Notes: generated from the letters alone by a model not told the origin. 64,000 bases of DNA from an uncultured Oscillospiraceae bacterium (GCA_910589155.1 CAJURY010000004.1:29157-93156); one strand, 5' to 3'; counted from the stretch's first letter, positions 30,354 through 40,686 are shown. A program made the numbers and translations.

Positions 30354-31321
30354 TGAGCGTTCGCAGCGAAATGACGGCTTTGGCCGAGCAAGTGCGGCGG
30401 CTTACCGGCGGCGCGGCGCAGCTTCGCGCAGGGGAAATGGCGCAGGCGCTGCATAAAATTGACCAACAGGAAAAAACGATTCTCGTACCGGAAAAGTTTG
30501 GCGGCGCAATGGCCGCCTTGGCCGGGCAGGTGCGCCGGCTCACTGGGAAAACGGGCGCCCTTGGTATTGTGGAGATGACCCAGGCGCTGTCTGAAGTGGC
30601 GGTTCCCGTGCGTCTGGCGGACGCTGAATCTGGGATCATTCTGGGCTACGCCAGCCGGGATCGGGATATTGTTGCCATCGCCCCCAAAATCGCCTATTTT
30701 GGGGAAACCATGGCGTTGGAGGATTTACGCAAATACAATTTAACTGTGAACACAATACAAACCTTTGCCGGATGGTTTGCAAGCGCCACGCCCCTGACCG
30801 CCGCCGGAGCGGAGACGGACAAGGTCACGGATTTAACCACCGCGCCGGAAACAATCTATGCCCACTGGATCGACGCGGGCTATCTCAAAACTACAATCGC
30901 CTATACCAGCGGCGCCGCGACGGCCTCCAAAACCTATACCATTTCCACAGTCCCAGACGATTTGTTCAGCCTTTATGGCTTCGTCATGTCCACCAAGGCG
31001 GTAAGCAGCCAGGAGCAGCTTGTCATCGGCGGCACGGTGGAAGGAACAAAGGTAGGCAATTTCAGCAAAACCACCGTATTTACCAACATCAGCGTAGCGC
31101 CCTTCAGTCCCTCTGATCCCAAAATGGCCAATGATTTCAATGGAAATCTAGGGGGCGCGAATCAAGGAAACGGTTATATTACCTATGCGCTGGCCGCCAA
31201 TTTGCCTGTTGGAAAGACCTTATCCGTCCGCGCATACTACAAAACCAAGGATGGGACTGTGGTGTACGGTCCCATGACGCAAAAGCTCCTGGCTGCCAAT
31301 GCCAGCGATATGGGAATTTGA
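30353..31321 (+). CDS. Hypothetical phage-associated protein (322 aa) with an internal N-terminal duplication
   Basis: ATG overlaps the upstream TAA. MTALAEQVRRLTGGAAQLRAGEMAQALHKI and MAALAGQVRRLTGKTGALGIVEMTQALSEV are tandem repeats. Lies between the tail fibre and the holin. Confidence 0.55.
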   Translation: MSVRSEMTALAEQVRRLTGGAAQLRAGEMAQALHKIDQQEKTILVPEKFGGAMAALAGQVRRLTGKTGALGIVEMTQALSEVAVPVRLADAESGIILGYASRDRDIVAIAPKIAYFGETMALEDLRKYNLTVNTIQTFAGWFASATPLTAAGAETDKVTDLTTAPETIYAHWIDAGYLKTTIAYTSGAATASKTYTISTVPDDLFSLYGFVMSTKAVSSQEQLVIGGTVEGTKVGNFSKTTVFTNISVAPFSPSDPKMANDFNGNLGGANQGNGYITYALAANLPVGKTLSVRAYYKTKDGTVVYGPMTQKLLAANASDMGI

Positions 31322-31337
31322 GGAAAGAAGGAATATT

Positions 31338-31760
31338 GTGGAGGCAAGAGGCATTTTCTGCGCCGGCATTGGCGCATTGGGCAGCGCCATAGCAGCGGCG
31401 TTGGGCGGCTGGGACGCGCCGCTTCTGACGCTTATCATCTGCATGGCGGCGGACTATGCAACGGGACTTTTGGTGGCGGGTATTTTTCACGCTTCCAAAA
31501 AATCCACCGGCGGCGGGCTGGAGTCCGCCGCCGGATGGAAGGGGTTATCCCGGAAGGCAGCGACGCTTCTGTTGGTTCTGGTCGCGCACTTTACCGATAC
31601 CTTGCTGGGAACGGACTGTGTAAGAAATGCCGTTGTCATAGGCTTTTGTACCAATGAGATACTATCCATTGTGGAAAACGCCGGTTTGATGGGACTTCCC
31701 ATCCCGGCGGCTCTGGCAAAAGCCATTGACGTGCTAAAAAACCAGTCGGAAGCGCAGTAA
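31338..31760 (+). CDS. Phage holin, Holin_4_1 (TcdE/phiLC3-like) family
   Basis: GTG start after AGGAAAGAAGG. ...GGWDAPLLTLIICMAADYATGLLVAG...VVIGFCTNEILSIVENAGLMGLPIPAAL... matches the family pattern from memory. Confidence 0.75.
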   Translation: MEARGIFCAGIGALGSAIAAALGGWDAPLLTLIICMAADYATGLLVAGIFHASKKSTGGGLESAAGWKGLSRKAATLLLVLVAHFTDTLLGTDCVRNAVVIGFCTNEILSIVENAGLMGLPIPAALAKAIDVLKNQSEAQ

Positions 31761-31877
31761 TACGGTAGAGTTGCAAAAAATTATTTCAAAACTTTAATGA
31801 ATATTGGGACCATGTAAAAGAGGGAAAAAAGAAGATTTCTATGTTTTCGACAAATTATACAGATAGAGAATGTAGCC

Positions 31878-31925
31878 GCAGGCAAGTTGTAAAAGGTTAT
31901 TTTACAACTTGCCTGCGCTTTTTTG
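31878..31925 (+). terminator. Rho-independent terminator after the phage remnant
   Basis: GCAGGCAAGTTGTAAAA-GGTTA-TTTTACAACTTGCCTGC then GCTTTTTTG. Confidence 0.75.
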
Positions 31926-32209
31926 TCGGAATGCTTTGCAGAGCATATAGGCATATGTCACTATTTTACGCTGTTCAATTTGTATATATTGACTAAAACA
32001 GGAAGGAGGGAAAATGGGATGAACTTGGCAATTTCATGGAAAAATTTTGGCGAAACCTGCGAAAATTATTTTTTTAGCGCTATCTTTTTAAAAAAAGTAT
32101 CTTCTACATACTACAAAGTGACATTTTAACACTTTCGCAACAACTTGGAAGAAATTATAATATTCGTAGTTACACAGTTGCTCTTTTTGTGTAAAATAGC
32201 AACTGCAAT

Positions 32210-33211
32210 ATGAAGGGAATGAGTGAGAGTATGCGCGACAAAAAAACACAAAAAAACGCGGCGTTAAAACCCGTCAGGCGGAAACGCAGCCGTTGGTCGC
32301 AAGATGACACCGAACTCACGTTGCTGGCTCTGCCAACGACAATTTGGTATGCGCTTTTCAGCTACCTGCCAATGTTCGGCCTGATTCTGGCGTTCAAGGA
32401 CTTCAAAATTTCCGCTGGTAAAAGCTTTATCACCAGTTTGCTGCAAAGCGATTGGGTAGGTTTCAAAAATTTTGAGTTCTTTGTAAAATCCAACCAGTTT
32501 TCAGTCATTCTCCGCAATACTATTTTGTATAATGTAGTATTTATTATTCTTGGCATTATTCTCCCTGTAGCGTGCGCCATTATGATCGACCAGATTTACA
32601 GCAAGCGCGCTTCAAAAACCTATCAGACTATGATGTTCCTGCCTCACTTCATGAGCTGGGTCGTCATCTCCTACTTTGTATACGCGTTCCTCAGCCCCAG
32701 CCAGGGTCTTTTGAATGTTATTTTGAAGGGTCTCGGTCAGGATCCCATTAAGTGGTATCAGGAATCCAAATATTGGCCGTTTATCCTAACGTTTATGAAT
32801 ACCTGGAAGACGCTGGGATACAGTATGGTCGTGTACCTGGCAAGTATCACCGGCATCGACACCAGCTTGTACGAAGCGGCGGTGCTGGACGGCGCTTCCA
32901 AGACACAGCAGGCGCGGTACATAACGCTCCCCTCCCTGCGTCCCATGATTATTCTGATGTTCATTATGAACGTCGGACGTATCTTCTCTTCTGATTTCGG
33001 TCTGTTCTATCAAATTCCCAGAGGCGTAACCAACTCTTTGTGGAAGGTAACGGAAACCTTTGACGTGTACATTTACAATATGTTGCAGACCAATATTCCC
33101 ATTGGCAGAACTGCTGCCGCGTCCTTCTTCCAGTCGATTGCCGGTTGTATCACCATTTTGATTGCCAACGGCATCGTACGTAAGATCGACAGCGACAGCG
33201 CACTGATTTGA
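32210..33211 (+). CDS. Sugar ABC transporter permease (LplB/CUT1-type)
   Basis: Multi-TM protein with the EAA-like loop LYEAAVLDGASKTQQARYITLPSLRP. Start uncertain (32210, 32219 or 32231). Confidence 0.88.
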   Translation: MKGMSESMRDKKTQKNAALKPVRRKRSRWSQDDTELTLLALPTTIWYALFSYLPMFGLILAFKDFKISAGKSFITSLLQSDWVGFKNFEFFVKSNQFSVILRNTILYNVVFIILGIILPVACAIMIDQIYSKRASKTYQTMMFLPHFMSWVVISYFVYAFLSPSQGLLNVILKGLGQDPIKWYQESKYWPFILTFMNTWKTLGYSMVVYLASITGIDTSLYEAAVLDGASKTQQARYITLPSLRPMIILMFIMNVGRIFSSDFGLFYQIPRGVTNSLWKVTETFDVYIYNMLQTNIPIGRTAAASFFQSIAGCITILIANGIVRKIDSDSALI

Positions 33212-33225
33212 CGGAGGTGGCGAAA

Positions 33226-34146
33226 ATGAGTAAACAGAATGAAAGCGCCATGAATCGTCTGAACCGCATTAAGCCCGGCACCAATATCCTTTTCAATGTT
33301 ATTTTCATTATTCTGGGCTTATCCTGCGTGGTTCCTATTTTGTACATTTTCATGATCTCCATTTCTTCGGAGGCGTCCATTAGAGATTATGGTTATCAGT
33401 TTATCCCCAAGGAATTTTCCAATGCAGCGTACATGTTCTTGTGGAATGAAAGAAAAACAATTCTTCACGCTTTGTGGATTTCCATTGAAGTTACTGCAAT
33501 CGGTACGGTAATCGGCGTAGCCCTGACTACCCTCATGGGCTATGTGCTCTCCCGTCCCGGCTACAAGCTCAAGGGCTTCTACACCATCGTGGTGTTCATC
33601 CCCATGATTTTCAGCGGCGGCATGATCGCAAGCTATGTTGTCAACAGCCAGATGCTGAAGCTCTCCGATACGATTTGGGCGCTGGTTCTGCCCCTTTGCG
33701 TATCCTCCTTCAACGTTACCATCAGCCGTACCTTCTTCCGGCAGACCATTCCCGATTCCATTGTAGAATCCGCCAAGATTGACGGCGCTTCCCAGCTTAC
33801 CATCTTTACAAGAATTGTACTTCCCATCTCCAAGCCCGTTCTGGCTACCATCGGTCTGTTTCTGGCCTTTGGCTACTGGAACGACTGGTTCCAGTCCTCT
33901 TTGTACATCAGAGACGATAATCTGTGGTCCTTGCAGGCTCTGCTGAACAACATGCAGAAGAATATTGAGTACCTCACCAAGAACCCCACCATTGGTCTTA
34001 CCTTGCAGGACTATAAGAAGGCTATGCCTTCTGAAGGCGTTCGTATGGCTATCGCGTTCGTGGTCGCTGTGCCTATCGCCTGTATCTATCCCTTCTTCCA
34101 GAAATACTTTATTTCCGGTCTGACCGTTGGCGCGGTCAAGGGATAA
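33226..34146 (+). CDS. Carbohydrate ABC transporter permease (LplC-type)
   Basis: IVESAKIDGASQLTIFTRIVLPISKP EAA loop. ATG 33226 behind GGAGGTGG. Confidence 0.9.
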   Translation: MSKQNESAMNRLNRIKPGTNILFNVIFIILGLSCVVPILYIFMISISSEASIRDYGYQFIPKEFSNAAYMFLWNERKTILHALWISIEVTAIGTVIGVALTTLMGYVLSRPGYKLKGFYTIVVFIPMIFSGGMIASYVVNSQMLKLSDTIWALVLPLCVSSFNVTISRTFFRQTIPDSIVESAKIDGASQLTIFTRIVLPISKPVLATIGLFLAFGYWNDWFQSSLYIRDDNLWSLQALLNNMQKNIEYLTKNPTIGLTLQDYKKAMPSEGVRMAIAFVVAVPIACIYPFFQKYFISGLTVGAVKG

Positions 34147-34230
34147 ATCCCATTTTGGTTCCGAAGGGAAGCGGCCTCGCCGCTCCCCTTGGAATAAATA
34201 TCAAACCCCAAAAATTTAGGAGGCAAAAAA

Positions 34231-35721
34231 ATGAAGAAAATCATCGCACTGCTGCTGGCTGTCGTGATGGTCGCCGCTCTGTTTGCTGGCTGTACCGACG
34301 ACAAAAAGCCCACTGACCCCGCAACTGACGCACCCACCGAAGCACCCACCGAAGCTCCTACCGACGAAGCTACCGAACCCGGCGAAATCGTTGAACTGCA
34401 CTGGTACATGGTCGGCAACAAGCAGCCCGACAACTACGACGCATGGAAAGCAAACCTGGACAAGTATCTGGAAGAGAAGATCGGCGTGCATCTGGACGTG
34501 CACATCATTGGCTGGGACGCTTGGGACAACACTCGTTCCACTATGATCAACACCAACGAGCCTTTTGACATCATGTTCACCAACATGGGCACCTTTGCCA
34601 GCGATGTTCGCACCGGCGCTTTTGCTACCATCGACGAGCTGGCTGAAGTAGCTCCCGAACTGTACAACTTCATCCCCGCTGATTACTGGGATGCATGTAA
34701 GATCAACGGCAGCCTGTACGCTGTTCCCACCTACAAGGATTCCTCCATCACCGAGTACTTCGTATACGACAAGGCTCTGGTTGAGGAAGTTTACCCCGAC
34801 TATGCCAATGTGCATGATCTGGCTGGCGTGACTGAAATCCTGAAGGCTATGAAGGAAAAGACCGGTTCCGCTCCCTTCATCCTGAACAACAACGGTCTGG
34901 ACGCAATCATGGGCAACAAGTACGACGGCATCGGCGCTGGCCTGCCCGCTCTGGGTGTGAGCTACTTCGGCGACGAAGCTAAGGTTGTTTCCGTGTTCGA
35001 GCAGGAAGACGTTATGAACGAACTGAAGATCGTCTACCAGTGGATGCAGGACGGCCTCATCAACGAGGACGCCGCAATCCTGGGCGAAGCTCCCAACTAC
35101 CGTCCCGCTTTCGTAGCGCAGGGCTGGTCCTACGCCGCCGTTTCCACCTGGGGTCCCAACATGGGCGTTGACGCTGTTGCTGTTCAGTTCGGCGATACCG
35201 TTCTGTCCAACGACTCCGTTCAGGGTTCCATGAACTGCATCTCCGCTTCCTCCGAGCATAAGGTTGAAGCTCTGAAGCTCCTGGAGCTGGTGAACACCGA
35301 CTCCTATGTACGTGACGCTCTGTACTTCGGTCTGGAAGGCGACAACTTCGAATACACCGCAGAAGGCAGAGTTCATAAGAACACTGAAAAGACTTGGGAT
35401 ATGGCTGGCTATACCCAGGGCTCCTTCTTCACCGTTACCATGCTGGACACTGAAGAAGTCAACCAGTGGGACGAAGTTAAGGCTCTGAACGCTGCCGCTA
35501 CCGGCTCCCCCGCTCTGGGCTTCGTATTCGACACCACCAATGTAACCGACCAGTTGGCCAACTGCACCGAAATCTGGAAGCGTTACAAGTCTGAACTGCT
35601 CACCGGCACCATTGAGCCTGAAGCTGCTGTTGCTGAAATGATGGAAGAAATGCGCGCTGCTGGCTTCGACGAAATCGTAACCGAAGCTCAGACTCAGATT
35701 GACGCTTGGAAGAACGCCTAA
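34231..35721 (+). CDS. Extracellular solute-binding lipoprotein (LplA-like, ~500 aa)
   Basis: Signal peptide plus lipobox MKKIIALLLAVVMVAALFAGC, then a Thr/Pro/Ala/Glu/Asp-rich linker. Size and position are typical of CUT1 SBPs. Confidence 0.9.
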   Translation: MKKIIALLLAVVMVAALFAGCTDDKKPTDPATDAPTEAPTEAPTDEATEPGEIVELHWYMVGNKQPDNYDAWKANLDKYLEEKIGVHLDVHIIGWDAWDNTRSTMINTNEPFDIMFTNMGTFASDVRTGAFATIDELAEVAPELYNFIPADYWDACKINGSLYAVPTYKDSSITEYFVYDKALVEEVYPDYANVHDLAGVTEILKAMKEKTGSAPFILNNNGLDAIMGNKYDGIGAGLPALGVSYFGDEAKVVSVFEQEDVMNELKIVYQWMQDGLINEDAAILGEAPNYRPAFVAQGWSYAAVSTWGPNMGVDAVAVQFGDTVLSNDSVQGSMNCISASSEHKVEALKLLELVNTDSYVRDALYFGLEGDNFEYTAEGRVHKNTEKTWDMAGYTQGSFFTVTMLDTEEVNQWDEVKALNAAATGSPALGFVFDTTNVTDQLANCTEIWKRYKSELLTGTIEPEAAVAEMMEEMRAAGFDEIVTEAQTQIDAWKNA

Positions 35722-35764
35722 TTTTTGAAAATTAGACACTCCGAACATAGCTAGTTAAATAGCG

Positions 35765-35808
35765 TGGGGCTGCTGCAGGCCGTATGTTTTGCGGCAGCCC
35801 CATTTTTT
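35765..35808 (+). terminator. Rho-independent terminator after the SBP gene
   Basis: GGGGCTGCTGC...GCGGCAGCCCCA followed by TTTTTT. Confidence 0.75.
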
Positions 35809-36089
35809 AAAAGATTTTCCACATTGCAATACAATTTCCACTGTTGACAAACGCGGAAGAATGTGGGAAAATGCGGAAGGAAAGCAGGCAGTGTCAGTTT
35901 GCGCAGGAGCCGGATTTTCTGAAAATTCCCTGGGATATGGGAACACTATATTTGGAGAATCCGGCCCCTGCGCAAAAGCGCCGCTGTGTCAGGCCATGGA
36001 AAAAGGAGGCTTTTCCCTGCCAAATGGCGCCGGACGCGGAGGGACAATGTCAATTTTCGCCCGATTTTTACAATCAGATAGGAGCAGCT

Positions 36090-37076
36090 ATGAGCAAGAT
36101 TATTGGTAATGAATTGAAAAATATTCCCTGGGAGGAAAAGCCGGAAGGCTACAAAATGCCTGTCTGGCGGTTCAGCGGCAACCCCATCATTGGCCGCCAC
36201 GCAACCAAGCGTTCCAACAGCGTATTTAACAGCGCGGTCGTTCCCTTTGGCGACGGCTTTGCGGGCGTTTTCCGCTGCGATAGCCGTTCTGTCAGTATGG
36301 ACATTTTTGTTGGCTTCAGCAAGGACGGTATCAACTGGGAAATTCAGGACGATCCCATCCAGTTTGAGGGCGATCCTGTTGTGACCAAGCGGGAATACCG
36401 CTATGATCCCCGGGTATGCTATATGGATGGCAAGTACTATATTACCTGGTGCAACGGCTATCACGGTCCCACCATCGGCATCGGCTATACCGAAGATTTC
36501 AAAACCTTCCATCAGTTGGAAAACGCCTTTTTGCCCTACAACCGCAACGGCGTTTTGTTTCCCCGGAAGATTAATGGCAATTATATGATGCTCAGCCGTC
36601 CCAGCGACACCGGCCATACCCCCTTTGGCGATATTTTTGTCAGCCAAAGCCCTGACCTCACCTTCTGGGGTCGCCATCGTCATGTCATGAGCACCATCAA
36701 GGGCGACGAGTCCGCCTGGCAGTCCACCAAGGTTGGCCCCGGTCCCATTCCCATTGAAACGGACGAAGGCTGGCTGATGATTTATCATGGCGTTATCACC
36801 ACCTGCAACGGCTTTGTGTACCGTATGGGCTGCGCCCTTCTGGATAAGGACGAGCCTTGGAAGGTGCTGTACCGCTCCAAGGATTATATCCTTGCGCCCT
36901 ATGAGCTGTACGAGTGCATGGGCGACGTGCCCAACGTCACCTTCCCCTGCGCCACCCTCACCGACGCTGCCACCGGCCGTATCGCCATTTACTATGGCTG
37001 CGCTGATACCGTCACTGGTATCGCCTTTACCACGGTGGACGAGCTGCTTGCCTACACCAAGGAAAACAGCCTGTAA
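36090..37076 (+). CDS. GH130 family beta-mannoside phosphorylase
   Basis: [37 protein letters not shown]...[18 protein letters not shown]...[36 protein letters not shown] before ATG 36090. The track's longer 35844 start was rejected. Confidence 0.85.
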   Translation: MSKIIGNELKNIPWEEKPEGYKMPVWRFSGNPIIGRHATKRSNSVFNSAVVPFGDGFAGVFRCDSRSVSMDIFVGFSKDGINWEIQDDPIQFEGDPVVTKREYRYDPRVCYMDGKYYITWCNGYHGPTIGIGYTEDFKTFHQLENAFLPYNRNGVLFPRKINGNYMMLSRPSDTGHTPFGDIFVSQSPDLTFWGRHRHVMSTIKGDESAWQSTKVGPGPIPIETDEGWLMIYHGVITTCNGFVYRMGCALLDKDEPWKVLYRSKDYILAPYELYECMGDVPNVTFPCATLTDAATGRIAIYYGCADTVTGIAFTTVDELLAYTKENSL

Positions 37077-37088
37077 GGAGTAAAGCCT

Positions 37089-40000
37089 ATGTATTTTATT
37101 GACAAACGAATTGAGGTTATCGCGAACCAGCTAAAGCTGCTGCGGATCCGTGACAGCCGGGAAATCACCGATTGGGTCTACAAAAAGGGACTTTTCTTCC
37201 GCCCGGAGGAGGCGGACGCAGATGGACGCGCCTGGGAGAAGTTCGACTGCAAGACCATGCGCTGGTACGCCACCTATGACGGCAGCGATAAGCCTGAGGG
37301 CGCGTTCGAGGGCTATCAGGGGGACTGCAAGGGCTTGCAGGGCGAGCACTACTGGTTCCGGGGCGATATTACCATCCCCAAGGAAATGGCGGACAAGTGC
37401 GTCTGGATGAAAATTCGCACCCAGATTGACGAGTGGGACGACGGCAAAAATCCCCAGTTTTTGGTGTTTATCAACGGAAAAGTGACCCAGGGCGCGGATA
37501 TGAACCACCGGGACGTGCGCCTGTTCGACAGCGCCGTGGCCGGGGAAACCATTACCGTAGACGTGCAGGCCTACACCGGCACTTTGCACAGCGAGTTTAA
37601 TTACCTTGTGGATTTGTACGTGCTGGACGAGGAAATCAACCGCCTGTACTATGACATTCTGGTGCCCTTGCAGGCGTTCCCCCGGATGGACGCGGACAGC
37701 AAAATCCGTCTGGATTTGCAGACCGTGCTGAACGAAACCATTAATTTCCTGGATTTGCGTACCCCCTACTCTGAAGCCTTTTATGCCTCCATCCGCAAGG
37801 CGCAATCCTATATTACTGAAAACCTTTATGAGAAAATGGGCGGTCATGATGAAGTGATTGCCACCTGCATCGGCCATACCCACATCGACGTGGCATGGTG
37901 GTGGACGGTTGCCCAGACCAGAGAAAAGGTCGTGCGCAGCTTCGCTACCGTCCTGAAGCTCATGGATGAGTACCCGAACTATAAATTTATGTCCAGCCAG
38001 CCGGTTCTCTATCAGTTCCTCAAGGAACGCTACCCTGAAATGTTTGAGAAAATCAAGGAGCGTGTGAAGGAAGGCCGCTGGGAGCCGGAAGGCGGCATGT
38101 GGCTGGAAGCCGATACCAACCTCACCTCCGGCGAGTCTCTGGTGCGGCAGTTTGTCCACGGCAAGCGTTTCTTCCAGGACGAATTTGGTCTGGATAACCG
38201 CATTTTGTGGCTGCCCGATGTGTTCGGCTACTCCGGCGCTCTGCCCCAGATCATGAAAAGAAGCGGCATCGACTATTTCATGACCACAAAGCTGGCCTGG
38301 AATCAGACGAATAAGATACCCAACGATACGTTTGTCTGGCGCGGCATTGACGGCAGCGAGGTTCTGGCGCACTTTATCACCACCTTGGGCATCGATCAGG
38401 ACCCCAAGCAGAATTTCTTCACCACGTATAACGGTATGCTTCACCCCGGCGCGCTGATGGGCGGCTGGGAGCGCTACCAGAATAAGGAAATCAATAACGA
38501 TATTCTCATTGCCTACGGCTACGGCGACGGCGGCGGCGGCCCCACCCGCCCCATGCTGGAAACCTCCATGCGTATGGAAAAGGGCGTGAAGGGCATTCCC
38601 ACCGTCCGGCAGGCATTTGCCCGCACCTATTTCGATGAACTGAAGGAGCGCGTGGCGGATAACCGCCGGCTGGAAACCTGGGAAGGCGAATTTTACTTTG
38701 AGTACCATCGCGGCACCTACACTTCCATGGCGCGGAATAAGCGTTCCAATCGGAAGAGCGAGCTGATGCTCATGGATTTGGAACTGCTGGCAACTTTGGC
38801 GAAGAATCAGGCGGATTACCCCGCAGAAGCCTTGGATCGTCTGTGGAAGGTGATTTTGCTCAACCAGTTCCACGATATTCTCCCCGGCAGCTCCATTCAT
38901 GAGGTCTATGAAGTCACCAAGCGGGAGTATGCCGAGCTGGCAGCGGAAGCCGGCGCAATGATCAAGGAGCGGCTGGGTCTTCTCTCCGGCGAGGGAGACG
39001 GCGTGACCGTGTTCAATACCCTGGGCTTTGACCGCAGCGATGTAATTGCCCTGCCCAGCGTGGACGCAACCGCTCTGGCGGACGAAAGCGGCAAGCTGTA
39101 CCCTGTGCAGAAAACTGCCGACGGCGCGTTGGTTTACCTGGAAAACCTCCCCGCCAAGGGCTACAAGACCTTCCACAAGGCGACCATTGAGGTGGAATCT
39201 CCCTTCGCCCGGAAGGACAATTTCCATCTGGAAACCCCCTTCTATGCCATTACTCTGGATGCAAACGGTCATTTTGTTTCCATTTTCGACAAGGAAAACG
39301 ACCGGGAAGTCATTCAGTCAGGCAAGGCTGGTAACCTCATGCGGATGTTTGAGGACAAGCCCATGTACTATGACAACTGGGACATCGATATGTTCTACAC
39401 AGAAAAGTCCTGGCCTGTGGATAACCTCGTGAATCTGGCCTGGACGGAGGACGGCGCGGTACGCACCACCTTGACCCTGGAATATGAAGCCAGCAAGTCC
39501 AAAGTGTGGCAGAAGGTGCATTTCTACGCAAACAGCCGCCGCATTGACTTTGAGACCCAGGTGGACTGGAAGGAGCATCAGCATCTTCTCAAGGTGGAAT
39601 TCCCGGTGGATGTGCACAGTGATGAAGCGACCTTTGATATTCAGTTCGGCAGCGTTATCCGGAAGGTGCACACCAATACAAGCTGGGACAAGGCGCGGTT
39701 TGAAAGCTGCGGCCAGAAGTGGGTGGACTTCTCCGAAGGCCATTACGGCGTGAGCCTGCTCAACGACTGCAAGTATGGTCACAGCCTGAAAGACGGCGTG
39801 ATTTCCCTGACCCTCATCAAGTCCGGTGTGGAGCCGAACCCCGTAACCGATCAGGAAATGCACTACTTCACCTACTCCCTGTATCCCCATGCCGAAACCT
39901 GGCGGCAGGCGAACACCGTGCAGGAGGGCTATAAGCTGAATCAGTCCGCTTACGCGGTTCTGGGCGGCAAGCCCGGCGCGGCCTACAGCTTCGCTGCTGT

Positions 40001-40241
40001 GGAGCAGAAGAACGTGATTTTGGAGACGGTGAAGCAGGCGGAAAACGGCGAGGGCACTGTGCTGCGTCTGTTTGAGTCCGAGAACGCCAGAACCAAGACG
40101 ACTTTGCGTCTGCCAGCAGGGGTGAAGGCGGCTTATAGCTGCAATTTGCTGGAGGAGATCGAGGAAGAATTGCCCATCGTAGACGGCAAGGCGACCTTTG
40201 TCATCAAGCCCTTCGAAATCAAGACCATTTTGTTGAAATAA
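37089..40241 (+). CDS. GH38 family alpha-mannosidase
   Basis: 1050 aa with the metal-site motif CIGHTHIDVAWWW, plus ...WLPDVFGYS... and ...NQFHDILPGSSI.... Confidence 0.9.
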   Translation: MYFIDKRIEVIANQLKLLRIRDSREITDWVYKKGLFFRPEEADADGRAWEKFDCKTMRWYATYDGSDKPEGAFEGYQGDCKGLQGEHYWFRGDITIPKEMADKCVWMKIRTQIDEWDDGKNPQFLVFINGKVTQGADMNHRDVRLFDSAVAGETITVDVQAYTGTLHSEFNYLVDLYVLDEEINRLYYDILVPLQAFPRMDADSKIRLDLQTVLNETINFLDLRTPYSEAFYASIRKAQSYITENLYEKMGGHDEVIATCIGHTHIDVAWWWTVAQTREKVVRSFATVLKLMDEYPNYKFMSSQPVLYQFLKERYPEMFEKIKERVKEGRWEPEGGMWLEADTNLTSGESLVRQFVHGKRFFQDEFGLDNRILWLPDVFGYSGALPQIMKRSGIDYFMTTKLAWNQTNKIPNDTFVWRGIDGSEVLAHFITTLGIDQDPKQNFFTTYNGMLHPGALMGGWERYQNKEINNDILIAYGYGDGGGGPTRPMLETSMRMEKGVKGIPTVRQAFARTYFDELKERVADNRRLETWEGEFYFEYHRGTYTSMARNKRSNRKSELMLMDLELLATLAKNQADYPAEALDRLWKVILLNQFHDILPGSSIHEVYEVTKREYAELAAEAGAMIKERLGLLSGEGDGVTVFNTLGFDRSDVIALPSVDATALADESGKLYPVQKTADGALVYLENLPAKGYKTFHKATIEVESPFARKDNFHLETPFYAITLDANGHFVSIFDKENDREVIQSGKAGNLMRMFEDKPMYYDNWDIDMFYTEKSWPVDNLVNLAWTEDGAVRTTLTLEYEASKSKVWQKVHFYANSRRIDFETQVDWKEHQHLLKVEFPVDVHSDEATFDIQFGSVIRKVHTNTSWDKARFESCGQKWVDFSEGHYGVSLLNDCKYGHSLKDGVISLTLIKSGVEPNPVTDQEMHYFTYSLYPHAETWRQANTVQEGYKLNQSAYAVLGGKPGAAYSFAAVEQKNVILETVKQAENGEGTVLRLFESENARTKTTLRLPAGVKAAYSCNLLEEIEEELPIVDGKATFVIKPFEIKTILLK

Positions 40242-40649
40242 AAAGCGTAGTTTGGCGCGGCAGGCTTTGCCTGCCGCGCTCAGTCTGTGAAAAAGGTGAT
40301 TTACCGGAAATGAAATTGCAGAATGAATAACACTGTCTTGCAAAAAAGTACAATTCTATATTCTTTCTTTGGCAGTCAGTGGCGGCATTTGCAGGCAGCT
40401 ATTAAAATGCAGCTACTGCCAAATTTTGCAAGGTAACGGTCGCTCGGCGGACGCGCCGTGGGGAACGATTTGCTTTGCGTGAGACGGCGCGTAACGAGTT
40501 ACCGCTTTGTAAAGCGATTCAAAAGCACTTGCTGCCCAACCCCATGGGTTCCGGGCCGCAGCCCGGCGGCTTTTGGTGACTTTTTGCCGGAGAAAAGTCA
40601 CCCCGGAGGGTACAGCACGAAAATAAGGAATCATCTGCGATATAAAAGC

Positions 40650-40686
40650 AAAATGCAGGATTTGTTTTCCCATCCTGCATTTTTGC
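40650..40686. terminator. Terminator hairpin downstream of thrS (bidirectional)
   Basis: AAATGCAGGAT-N10-ATCCTGCATTT flanked by A/T runs. Confidence 0.7.

Noticed and set aside
32019-32129. 36-aa ORF (MNLAISWKNFGETCENYFF...) with a GGAAGGAGGG RBS in the AT-rich gap before the ABC transporter
   Set aside because: Only the RBS supports it. No family was recognised, and it may be a fossil of a deleted regulator or lysin region. It is left unannotated.
28088-32210. Integrase, att sites or endolysin associated with the tail fibre/holin genes
   Set aside because: I looked on both strands and found no recombinase-like or amidase/muramidase-like ORF, and no flanking direct repeats. It is therefore described only as a remnant.
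35844-36089. 82-codon N-terminal extension of the GH130 gene in the ORF track
   Set aside because: GH130 homology begins at MSKIIGNEL (36090), which has its own GGAG RBS. The extension is Cys/Gln-rich and overlaps promoter-like and repeat sequence.
37131-39272. 713-aa minus-strand ORF opposite the GH38 gene. The same class includes 23010-23792, 26645-27985, 34216-35748, 35946-36788, 41153-42616, 52759-55146, 56982-58433, 58789-59907 and 60212-61597.
   Set aside because: All lie antisense to genes with strong family motifs. They have biased, repetitive amino-acid composition and lack RBSs.
40290-40650. ORFs 40413-40805 and 40458-40754 between the GH38 gene and thrS
   Set aside because: There are no RBSs or motifs. 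The region contains hairpins (for example GGTGACTTTTT...AAAAGTCACC) and looks like non-coding 3' flank. I could not assign it to the repeat families either.
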